A stretch of 64,000 nt of DNA from an uncultured Chloroflexia bacterium. Lineage in GTDB: Bacteria > Chloroflexota > Limnocylindria > Limnocylindrales > CSP1-4. Within the stretch, counting starts at the first letter, position 1. Each line of letters opens with the position of its first letter. Shown here in pieces: positions 18,730 to 27,056 of this stretch. Position numbers and translations under genes: made by a program. The stretch is taken from the NCBI GenBank assembly GCA_963828165.1, contig CAWHDR010000001.1:320001-384000 (forward strand). Direction: 5' to 3'. The notes below the pieces were generated by a model that was not told the origin of the DNA, searched no databases, and saw only the letters and a program-made list of their open reading frames with translations.

Positions 18730-20025
18730 CTAGACCGTCCCGAGCGCGCGCAGGACCCACGCGGCGAGGACCCGAGCGCACATCTCGACCTCGTCGAGCG
18801 GCACGAACTCGTCCGCGCTGTGCGCCACCCGAACATCGCCCGGGCCGAAGATCACGCACGGCGTCCCACCGACGTTGACGAACATCTGCATGTCCGCCCC
18901 GTATGGCTCACCAAGGAGGGCGGGCCGTCGCCCGCTGATCGCCTCCGCGACATCGGCGAGACCCGCGGGCAGCGGGTGATCGGAGGGCACGCGCGCCGAC
19001 CCGAAACGCCCGCCGGTGATCTCGACGGTCGCCGGATGCTCGCGCAGGAACTCGTCCGCGGCGCACGCCGCGGCGATCGCCTCGCGCAGATCCGCTTCCG
19101 CCTCGTCCGCCGTCTGGCCGAGCCGAACGCCATATCGACCGTCCGCGGTCACCCGGTCGAGCACGGTCGAGGCCCAGTCCCCGCCACCCACGATGCCGAT
19201 GATCGTCGGGTACGGCAGGCCAAGGGCGGTCATCAGCGGGTCCGTCTCGGCGTCGTTGCGGCGCGCCTCGTCGGCCTCGAGCGCGCGGGTCAGGACGAAC
19301 AGCTTGTCGAGCGCGGAGACGCCCTCGCGCCGCTGCGACGCGTGCGCCGCCCGGCCCGGGACGGTGAGCCGGAACGTGATGGCGCCCGCGTGGGCGACGA
19401 CGACGTCGAGGTTCGACGGCTCGGTGATGACCGCGAGGTCGCCCGTGGCCCCGGCCCGGATGGCGGCGAGCGTCCCCTGGCCGCCATCCTCCTCTGACGG
19501 CACCAGGACGACCATCAGCTCCCCGTCGAGGCGGCCCAGCTCGCCGCTCGACCCAAGGGCGCGGACGGCGCCGAGGATCGACGCGACACCGCCCTTCATG
19601 TCGCAGGCGCCCCGGCCATAGAGGCGACCCTCGCGGATCTCGGCACCCCACGGATCGGCCGTCCACGTGGCGGGATCGCCGGGCGGAACGACGTCGAGGT
19701 GGCCCGACAGGATCACGCGCGGCCGTGCGCCGGACCCGTCGGGCGCGGTGGGCGCGGCGGGCGAAGCGGTAGCGCCGGCGCGTCCGATGACGACCGGGAG
19801 CGACGTGCGCGGCATCTCCTGGCCCGGCCACGCTGGATCTCCCTTGATCGCGGCGAGGTCCGGCCGGACGACCTCCACCTCCATGCCGAGCGCGCCCAGC
19901 GCGTCCGCGGCCCACGCCGCGACGTCTTCCTCGGACCCGGTGATGCTCGGGATGCGGACGAGCGCCCGAAGGTCCTCGACGAGATGCTCCCGGTCGACGG
20001 CCGGCGCGGTCGGTGCGTCAGTCAC
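18730..20025 (-). CDS. ArgE/DapE family (M20) deacylase
   Basis: SGHLDVVP, GRGACDMKGG, EEDGG, ITEPS, GRAAHAS, FGPG....AHSADE. Confidence 0.9.
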   Translation of the reverse strand: MTDAPTAPAVDREHLVEDLRALVRIPSITGSEEDVAAWAADALGALGMEVEVVRPDLAAIKGDPAWPGQEMPRTSLPVVIGRAGATASPAAPTAPDGSGARPRVILSGHLDVVPPGDPATWTADPWGAEIREGRLYGRGACDMKGGVASILGAVRALGSSGELGRLDGELMVVLVPSEEDGGQGTLAAIRAGATGDLAVITEPSNLDVVVAHAGAITFRLTVPGRAAHASQRREGVSALDKLFVLTRALEADEARRNDAETDPLMTALGLPYPTIIGIVGGGDWASTVLDRVTADGRYGVRLGQTADEAEADLREAIAAACAADEFLREHPATVEITGGRFGSARVPSDHPLPAGLADVAEAISGRRPALLGEPYGADMQMFVNVGGTPCVIFGPGDVRVAHSADEFVPLDEVEMCARVLAAWVLRALGTV

Positions 20026-20886
20026 GAAGGATCGGTCGCGTCATGCACGTCGGCCCACCCGATCCGTTGATCCCGATCTGGGTCGCCGGATAGATGTGCA
20101 CTTCGCAGCCGGCCGCGACCAGGGCAGCCGCCGTCTCGGGGTTTCCGTCGGCCATGATGACCACGCCGGGCCTGACGGCCAGCACATTGCACCCGAGCGT
20201 CGGGAACTCCGCATCCGGCACCTCGACGAGACGGATGTCGAGATCGACCAGCAGCTCCCACAGGCCCGACCGGCAGGAGGGGCAGGTACACGACGGCGAG
20301 GTCGTCGGCGACGGGCGAGATCACGCTCATGAGATGGATGAGCTCGGCCGGCCCCTTCCAATACGGCACGTCGAACACGCGCACGTCGCCACCGACCAGG
20401 TCGGCCAGCTGGAAGACGCCGCTGGCATTGCTCCGGAGCGTGCGCCCGACGCAGAACAGGTCCGGTCGCAGCCAGAAGGTGTCGCCGCCCTCGATCGTCC
20501 CGGGCGGCTCGATCCGCCCGAGCGTGGGGATGCCGGCTGCCTCGGTCCACGCCTCCAGGATGTCCGGCTCGTCCGCGCGGTTCGGCTTTCCGGGGCGGAG
20601 CGGGATCGCGCCGCGGTCCGTCACGAGCAACGGGTCGAACGGGTAGATGAGGTCTGGATCATCGGTCTCTGCTTCCAGGACGTGCACGGTCGGTCCGAGG
20701 CCCGCGAGAACCTCGACGAACGCGTCGTGCTCGCGGCGCGCCACCTCGAGGTCGACCGGAGTACAGGAATCCGTGCGCCGGATCGTCGAACGCCCGCCCG
20801 AACGCCTCGCCCGGCGGCTTGACGAGCACGTCACGCAGCGTGGAGGTCATGCTCTGGGCGCCATATCGCCGAGCCGTCAATGTCAT
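20018..20886 (-). CDS. Amidinotransferase / dimethylarginine dimethylaminohydrolase-like (pentein) enzyme; two frameshifts (~20760, ~20268)
   Basis: Pieces in three frames: MTLTARRYGAQSMTSTLRDVLV; A.REHDAFVE.L, IEGGD, LIHLMS; LGCNVLA, GGPTCMTRP (catalytic Cys). TATCCT -10 6 nt upstream of ATG 20886. Confidence 0.8.
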
Positions 20887-20934
20887 GTCCGAAGGATAGT
20901 CGCGAGGCGTCCATCGGAGTACGCTGCAGGGACC

Positions 20935-21165
20935 ATGGCCGCCTACGCCACGATGGTTCGCATCGATCGCGTCAAGCCCCGCCTCGCCGGTCACGTGTCC
21001 GCAAGCCCGGCGGGATCGCCTGCGGCCGAGCCCCTTCTCGCACCCGAGGCCATCGACCTTGTCGGCCGTCCGATGCTCCCGCTCGTGGCCGAGCGGTGGA
21101 CCGGACTGCGCGAGGCATGGTCCCAGACGACGTTCTACCTCTTCCACGCCGAAGGCTGGCGCTGA
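20935..21165 (+). CDS. Small hypothetical protein (76 aa) ending W.QTTFYLF..EGWR
   Basis: Fills the divergent gap, TACGCT -10-like hexamer upstream, aromatic motif-like C-terminus. Confidence 0.55.
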   Translation: MAAYATMVRIDRVKPRLAGHVSASPAGSPAAEPLLAPEAIDLVGRPMLPLVAERWTGLREAWSQTTFYLFHAEGWR

Positions 21166-21194
21166 CCGGCCGATCTTGGCGAACGAACTGCTCC

Positions 21195-22361
21195 TCAGGC
21201 GAGTGGCGGGGGCGCGAACCGGTCGGGATCGAGCATCGGCGGTGGCCCCGACACGCGGCCATCCAGCAGGTCCGCCAGAAGACGCCCGCTCGCGGGCCCG
21301 GTCGAGATGCCCCACGGGCCGTGGCCGGCGGCGATCCATAACCCGTCCAGCCCTGCCACGCGCCCGACGAGCGGCCGCCCATCGACGCTCTGCGGGCGGG
21401 CGCAGACGCGGTGCGGACCGACCCTCGCCGATGCGATGCCCGGAACGTACCCGGCGCCACGGGCCAGGATCGCGGGCACCAACGCGGCGGGATCCGGTTC
21501 CTTGTCCAGGAACGTCGATCCGAGAGAGCTTGCGGCGCCAGCGGTGACCAGGCTGAAGGATGCGCCCGCGGCGCCGCGCGCGAGGCTCGGTTCGTGCCCG
21601 GGTTCGATCTCGATCTCGGCCTCCTCGAGGACGTGCATCGGGGGTCGCTCCAGCGTGATGCCGACGACCACGCCCCACGACGGGCGGATCGGTCGCCAGG
21701 CCCCGCCCGGGTCGATGACGGCCGGCGTCCAGGGACCCGCCGCGACGACCACGTGCGCGGACGCCAGACGACGCCCATCCTCCAGCTCCACGCCGGCGAC
21801 CCGGCCCGATCCGAACCAGGGCCTCGCGGCCGCGCCCGACGCGGATGTCGACGCCGAGGCGGGTGGCCCACGCGGCGTACGCGCGGGTCGCGGCGGCCGG
21901 CGCGACCGGGTAGCCGATCGCCAGACGGCAAGCCGCCACGTCCATCGCCAGGGTCGGCTCCACCGCCCTCGCATCCCCTGGTCCGAGAAAGGTCGGAGAC
22001 AGGCCGGGATGCGTTTCGTCCAAGGTGTCGACCAGTCCTCGCGCGACGCCCGGATCGTGGCGTGACCATCAGCAGCCCTGGCCGGCTCAGCGGGCAGCGT
22101 GAATCCCTCGACACCCGCGGTCGCGAGGGCACGGTAGAGCGCGAGCGTCTCGAGATGCAGCTCGACCAGGACCGGATCGAACGGATGCTGGACGACCCCC
22201 GAGTTGCGGCCGGACGCGCCGGCCGCGATCTCCGATCGTTCGAGCAGGACGACCCGGCGACCGGATGCCGCGAGGTGCGCCGCGCACGAAACGCCGACGA
22301 TCCCGCCGCCGATCACGATGACGTCGGCTGAGCGATCGGCGCGGCGAGGGGGGCTGGCCAT
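21195..22361 (-). CDS. FAD-dependent oxidoreductase (DAO/glycine oxidase family); three compensating internal frameshifts
   Basis: VIVIGGGIVG, AAGASGRNSG, VVVAAGPW, CARP.S.DG.PLVG, AAGHGPWGISTGP. The middle segment reads sensibly only in other frames (GLLMVT; LSPTFLGPGDARAVEP..GYPVAPAAATRAYA). Confidence 0.8.
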   Translation of the reverse strand: MASPPRRADRSADVIVIGGGIVGVSCAAHLAASGRRVVLLERSEIAAGASGRNSGVVQHPFDPVLVELHLETLALYRALATAGVEGFTLPAEPARAADGHATIRASREDWSTPWTKRIPACLRPFSDQGMRGRWSRPWRWTWRLAVWRSATRSRRPPRPARTPRGPPASASTSASGAAARPWFGSGRVAGVELEDGRRLASAHVVVAAGPWTPAVIDPGGAWRPIRPSWGVVVGITLERPPMHVLEEAEIEIEPGHEPSLARGAAGASFSLVTAGAASSLGSTFLDKEPDPAALVPAILARGAGYVPGIASARVGPHRVCARPQSVDGRPLVGRVAGLDGLWIAAGHGPWGISTGPASGRLLADLLDGRVSGPPPMLDPDRFAPPPLA

Positions 22362-22504
22362 CGTGGCCGATGATGGCATGGGCGCCCGGCGGGTCGCGCC
22401 CGGGACACATGGACGCCCCGAACGAGACGTCGGGGCGTCCTTCGCGCGGAGGAGACGCGCTGGTGATGGGCGACGGATCGGGCCGTCGATCCGTCAGGTC
22501 GAGC

Positions 22505-23068
22505 TCAGGCGTTGGCGGCGACCAGCTCCGCGGACTCCGCGACGGCGACCTCGTCGGCCGCGATCGTGATGTCGAGCTTGATCTCCTTGCCGACCAGCCA
22601 GCCGCCCTGCTCGAGGGCGACGTTCCAGTTGAGATCCCAGTCCGCGCGCACGATGGTCGCGGTCGCTGACAGGCCCGCGTGGCGCGCGCCACTCATCCCG
22701 GGGACGATCCCCTCGAGCGTCACGTCGAACGTGATCGGCTTCGTGACCTCGCGGATGGTCAGGTCACCGGTGACGTTGAAACGGTCGTCATCGACCTGCT
22801 CGACACCGGTCGCGACGAAGCTGATGTTCGGGAACCGCTCCACATCGAAGAAGTCGGGGGAGCGGAGGTGCGTGTCGCGGGCGCCGAAGCTCGTGTCGAC
22901 GCTGGCGGCCCCGACGCGGAACTCGCCGCGGGATCGGGTCGGGTCGTTCTCGTCGAGCTCGATGGTGCCGTCGACGTCGCGGAAGGTTCCGCGGACGTTC
23001 GTCACCATCATGTGCTTGGCCGAGAAGTTGACCTGGGTGTGGGCGGTATCGATCTTCCAGCTGGTCAT
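22505..23068 (-). CDS. yceI: YceI family protein
   Basis: WKID.AHT.V.FS.KHMMV..VRG.F, RD.HLRS.DFFDV..FP.I.F, GDLTIR.VT, WN..LE.GG.LVG. Confidence 0.92.
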   Translation of the reverse strand: MTSWKIDTAHTQVNFSAKHMMVTNVRGTFRDVDGTIELDENDPTRSRGEFRVGAASVDTSFGARDTHLRSPDFFDVERFPNISFVATGVEQVDDDRFNVTGDLTIREVTKPITFDVTLEGIVPGMSGARHAGLSATATIVRADWDLNWNVALEQGGWLVGKEIKLDITIAADEVAVAESAELVAANA

Positions 23069-23123
23069 GATGCGTGGGTTCCTTCGCGGGTCGTGGGCGC
23101 CGGGCGGCGGGATGGGACAGTTC

Positions 23124-23165
23124 GTTGACGTTGCAACCATATCCAGATATCGTTGATGTGTCAAC
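23124..23165. promoter_or_regulatory. Two palindromic boxes, probable MarR operator sites
   Basis: GTTGA-CGTT-GCAAC (23124-23137) and GTTGA-TGTG-TCAAC (23152-23165) in the AT-richer divergent yceI/marR gap. Confidence 0.7.
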
Positions 23166-23203
23166 AAGTCAGCCAGCCAGACCGAGGGTGTAGCATCGAG
23201 ACC

Positions 23204-23692
23204 ATGACCGTCACCGAGGGGACCGCGGCCCGACCGCTGTCCGCGAGCGACCCACGCATCGAGCCGTGGCGTGCGTTCCTTCAGGCCCACGCCCGGGTCA
23301 CGCGCCGACTCGACGAGGAGTTGCGCGCCGAGCACGACCTGTCGCTGGCCGAGTACGACGCGTTGCTGACGATCGCCGACGCGCCGGACCGACGGATCCG
23401 GATGCGTCAGCTGGCCGACCGCGTGATCCTGAGCAAGAGCGGCGTGACGCGCCTGATCGACCGGCTGGTCCTTGATGGGCTGGTCCAGCGCGACGTGTGT
23501 CTCTCGGATGCGCGTGGCGCCGAGGCCGTGCTCACCCCGGCCGGCCTGGACCGCCTGCGGCACGCCTCGCGGACGCACCTGCGCGGCATCGACGAGCACT
23601 TCTTGGCGGCCCTCGAGCCCGAAGACCTGACGGCGATCCAGCGCTCCATGCGGGCGGTCGCCGAGCGAGCCGGAGCCGACAGCGACGGCTGA
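23204..23692 (+). CDS. MarR family transcriptional regulator
   Basis: LSLAEYD.LL, RM..LADRV.LSKSGVTRLIDRL...GLV.R....D.RG..A.LT..G. TAGCAT -10 7 nt upstream. Confidence 0.92.
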   Translation: MTVTEGTAARPLSASDPRIEPWRAFLQAHARVTRRLDEELRAEHDLSLAEYDALLTIADAPDRRIRMRQLADRVILSKSGVTRLIDRLVLDGLVQRDVCLSDARGAEAVLTPAGLDRLRHASRTHLRGIDEHFLAALEPEDLTAIQRSMRAVAERAGADSDG

Positions 23693-23711
23693 CTCGGCCC
23701 GGCCCGGTCGC

Positions 23712-24437
23712 CTGTACGCGGGCACCAGCGGCTTCGCCTACCCGGGCTGGAGCCCGCGCTTCTACCCACGCGCGCTGCGCGGCGATGATCTGCTTCGCCA
23801 TTACGGGTCGCAGCTTCCCGCGGTCGAGCTCAACAACACGTTCTACCAGCAACCGTCCGCCACCAAGGTGGCCGCCTGGCTCGAGGCGACGCCACCGTCG
23901 TTCCGGTTCAGCGTCAAGGCCCAGCGTGGCGGCTCGTGGGGCGCGTTCGGTGGCTCCCCCGAGGCCGGCCTGCCGTGGCTGACCGGGCCGTATCGCGCCT
24001 TCGGGGAGCGGCTGGGGACCGTGCTCCTCCGGGCCCCCGACACGCTCAAGCGTGACGACGGCCGGCTGGCGGCGTTCCTTTCCGCCTGGCCGAACGACCT
24101 GCCGCTCACCGTCGAGCTGCGACATCCCTCGTGGCAGGCGGACGAGACCGTGACCGCGCTGACCGATGCGGGGGCGGCCCTCTGCGCGACGGACGATCCC
24201 GATGAGCCGTTGCCACCCACCTTGCGCCGGACGGGGCCGTTCCTCTATCTGCGCCTGCGACGGCACGACTACGCGCCCGACGAGATCGCGGCCTGGGCCG
24301 ACCGGCTGGCTCCGTTCCTCGACGCCGGCGACGACGCCTTCGTCTTCTTCCGGCACGACCCGGTCGGGCGCGGGCCGGAGCTGGCGCTCGAGCTCTCGGC
24401 TGCCGTGGCGAGCCGTGGTCGGGTCGCTCCGGGGTAG
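23712..24437 (+). CDS. DUF72 family protein (start codon non-canonical or affected by an indel)
   Basis: In frame upstream of track ORF 23868: LYAGTSGFAYPGW..RFYP, VELNNTFY; then FSVKA, ELRH.SW, YLRLR, VFFRHD. No ATG/GTG/TTG before the conserved N-terminus. Confidence 0.85.
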   Translation: MYAGTSGFAYPGWSPRFYPRALRGDDLLRHYGSQLPAVELNNTFYQQPSATKVAAWLEATPPSFRFSVKAQRGGSWGAFGGSPEAGLPWLTGPYRAFGERLGTVLLRAPDTLKRDDGRLAAFLSAWPNDLPLTVELRHPSWQADETVTALTDAGAALCATDDPDEPLPPTLRRTGPFLYLRLRRHDYAPDEIAAWADRLAPFLDAGDDAFVFFRHDPVGRGPELALELSAAVASRGRVAPG

Positions 24438-24476
24438 CCGCCCCTCGGGCGAGCGTGGCGGACCCCGCGGGCCGCG

Positions 24477-24528
24477 CGCCTACGCGCGGGGCCGTCCGCC
24501 CACGCGCGGGGCCGTCCGCCTACGCGCG
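24477..24528. repeat. 20-bp tandem repeat (~2.6 copies) duplicating the cupin gene 3' end
   Basis: CGCC(T/C)ACGCGCGGGGCCGTC x2 plus a partial copy containing the cupin stop codon. Confidence 0.8.
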
Positions 24529-24846
24529 CGAGTCCTCGGCCGGACCGAAGGCGACGAGAAGTACCAACCGCGCCTCGATGTCATGGAAGCGGTGGGTCAC
24601 GCCTGCGGCAACGAAGATCACCGTACCGGCGCGAACGCCCCGGACCTCGTCCCCCACTGTCACCCGGGCCTGCCCCGACATCACGACATAGAGCTCGTCC
24701 TCGGTGTGCGGCGACTGCGTGTCGACCGCACCCGCCTCCAGCACGTACAGCCCGCCAGACAGATCCGGGACTGACACGAACTCGTGGTAGCGCCTGCCGC
24801 TGGCTCCCCGTGCCGCCTCGAGATCGTCGAGCTCCCAAGCATCCAT
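24520..24846 (-). CDS. Cupin domain protein
   Basis: Y.EF..VPDLS.GLY.L.AG..D.QSPHTEDELY.V..G, G..IFV.AGV.HRFHDI. Confidence 0.85.
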   Translation of the reverse strand: MDAWELDDLEAARGASGRRYHEFVSVPDLSGGLYVLEAGAVDTQSPHTEDELYVVMSGQARVTVGDEVRGVRAGTVIFVAAGVTHRFHDIEARLVLLVAFGPAEDSRA

Positions 24847-24943
24847 CGGTGGTGACCCTCCAGCGGCGAGGGTAGCAGCCGTCGCCGCGGACGGGGGGCG
24901 TCGTGCCGACCCGAACTCGAGCATCCGGCTAGCATTCGCGACG

Positions 24944-26221
24944 ATGCGTCCCCGACTTCGATCCAAGACGTCGCTTCTGGGGCTCGCCCTGGCGCTCATG
25001 GCCGGCTGCGCGGGCCCTGCCGAGCCATCCCCTCCGGCGAGCAGCGTGCCCACGAGCGCGCCGTCGGTGACCACCGCGCCCTCCGTTTCTGTGCCCCCAA
25101 GCCCCGGCTCCGCGGGATCCTCGGGCGCGATCGGCGAGCCACCCCGCCTCGGGCTCGAACCGGTGGTGGGTGGCCTTGAATCCCCGCTGGACATCGCCTG
25201 GCGACCGAACGACGCAGCGACGCTGTTCGTCGTGGAGCAGGGTGGGCAGATCCGCATCGTTCGCGATGGCGCCCTGATCGATCGACCGTTCCTGGACATC
25301 CGGGGCCTGGTCAGCGCCGGCGGCGAGCGTGGCCTCCTGGGTCTCGCCTTCCACCCCGCCGCCGACGATCGGCGGTTCTTCGTGTACTACACGGCGCTCG
25401 ATGGCAACCAGATCGTGGCCTCCTACGAGACCTTGGCGGACGAACGCGACCGGGCCGACCCCGACAGCGCCGTGATCCTGCTGCGCATGGACGACCGGTT
25501 CGGGAACCACAATGGCGGCGCGCTCGCGTTCGGACCTGATGGCTACCTGTACATCTCGACCGGAGACGGCGGTGGCGGCGGCGATCCGCTCGACTCGGGA
25601 CGGAAGCTCGACACGCTGCTCGCGAAGATCCTGCGCATCGATGTCGACGTCGAGGCCGGAGCCGATCCGCCCTACGGCATCCCGGACGACAACCCATTCC
25701 TGGACGACAGTGAAGCCCGCCCCGAGATCTGGCTCACCGGTCTACGCAACCCGTGGCGGATCCGCTTCGATCGGGCGACCGGGGATCTCTGGATCGGCGA
25801 TGTCGGGCAGGGCGTGTTCGAGGAGATCGACGTGGCGCGCGCGGGCGTCGGGGGCCTCGACTTCGGCTGGAACATCATGGAAGGGTCGGCCTGCTACCGG
25901 AATGGCGGCACCGACTGCCTGACCGACGAGCTGACCCTTCCGGTCACCCAATACGGCCACGATCTGGGGTGCTCGGTGACGGGCGGCACGGTCTACCGCG
26001 GCGAGGCGCAGCCGGCGATGCGCGGCTGGTATGTCTTCGCCGACTTCTGCTCGGGGCGGTTCTGGGTCCTCGATCCTGAACGGGACGACGTGCATGAGTC
26101 CACGTTGGCGGCAGAAAGCGACCGCTCGATCAGCGCCATCGCGGAGGACGCGGCCGGCGAGCTGTTCGCGACCGACCTGTCCGGCGGCGACCTGCTTCGG
26201 GTCGTCGTCGACGGCGGCTAG
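24944..26221 (+). CDS. PQQ-dependent sugar dehydrogenase (GSDH beta-propeller) lipoprotein
   Basis: Lipobox LMAGC, Pro/Ser linker, GERGLLGLAFHP, NHNGG.L.FGPDGYLY, GLRNPWR..FD, SVTGG.VYRG. Confidence 0.9.
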   Translation: MRPRLRSKTSLLGLALALMAGCAGPAEPSPPASSVPTSAPSVTTAPSVSVPPSPGSAGSSGAIGEPPRLGLEPVVGGLESPLDIAWRPNDAATLFVVEQGGQIRIVRDGALIDRPFLDIRGLVSAGGERGLLGLAFHPAADDRRFFVYYTALDGNQIVASYETLADERDRADPDSAVILLRMDDRFGNHNGGALAFGPDGYLYISTGDGGGGGDPLDSGRKLDTLLAKILRIDVDVEAGADPPYGIPDDNPFLDDSEARPEIWLTGLRNPWRIRFDRATGDLWIGDVGQGVFEEIDVARAGVGGLDFGWNIMEGSACYRNGGTDCLTDELTLPVTQYGHDLGCSVTGGTVYRGEAQPAMRGWYVFADFCSGRFWVLDPERDDVHESTLAAESDRSISAIAEDAAGELFATDLSGGDLLRVVVDGG

Positions 26222-26223
26222 GG

Positions 26224-26883
26224 TCAGCGCGCCCTGTAGGTGACGGTGACGCTGACGGCGATCTCCGTAGAACCTGCCTCGACCGGTGTGGACGCGTCCT
26301 CCGCCATCATCATCCGAGCTGCTTTGTAGCGAGGCTCCGGCGGCGAGGGCGTGCCACCCTCGACGATGTCCGACACGCCGACGATCGCCAGCCCAGCCGC
26401 CTCGGCAAGCACTTCCGCCCGCGCGCGGGCCGCGGCCATGGCGCGCAGGCGTGCCTCGCGCTCGGCAGGAGCCGGGTCGGCCACCCGGAACGAGAGTCCG
26501 TCCATGCTCGTCGCTCCGGCGCGCAGGGTGCCGTCGACGACATCGCCGAGGCGGGCGAGGTCGCGGACCGTGACCTCGACGACGTTGGCCAGCTCGTATC
26601 CGGTCAACACCGGCGGCTGGTTCTCGCGGTAGTCGTAGCGCGGCTGCACGGACAGTAGCGTCGTTCGGACATCGCGCCCGTCGACCCCCGCGTCCGCGAC
26701 AGCGGCGAGGATCGCGGCCATCAGCTCGGCGGCAACGCCGCGTGCCGTGTCGACCGTTGGCCGGGCGACGGAGACGCCCAGCCTGAGATCGGCGACGTCG
26801 GGTTCCACCGATACCTGCCCCGTGCCGCCGACCACGATCCGGCCGGCGTCCGGGTCACTGCGCCGGGAATCGTCCGACATCAT
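26224..26883 (-). CDS. SIMPL (DUF541) domain protein
   Basis: G.G.V...PD.A.L.LGV, VQPRYDY, GY...N.V.V.VRDL, A...A.A.AE.LA.A.G, final V.V.VTY. SD AGGAG. Confidence 0.85.
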   Translation of the reverse strand: MMSDDSRRSDPDAGRIVVGGTGQVSVEPDVADLRLGVSVARPTVDTARGVAAELMAAILAAVADAGVDGRDVRTTLLSVQPRYDYRENQPPVLTGYELANVVEVTVRDLARLGDVVDGTLRAGATSMDGLSFRVADPAPAEREARLRAMAAARARAEVLAEAAGLAIVGVSDIVEGGTPSPPEPRYKAARMMMAEDASTPVEAGSTEIAVSVTVTYRAR

Positions 26884-27056
26884 CTTCTCCTGCTGTGGAG
26901 CGGTCATGGTAGGTGACTGAACGCAACACCTCTTCGGAGCTGACATGGTGGTGCAACCGGCCGGCCTCATGAGCCAGCGCGGCCGACACCGTCGCACCCG
27001 CAGCATCGGCGCATGCTCATCGCCGTCTTCCGTCACACCATGCCCGGCGCGTCCAC

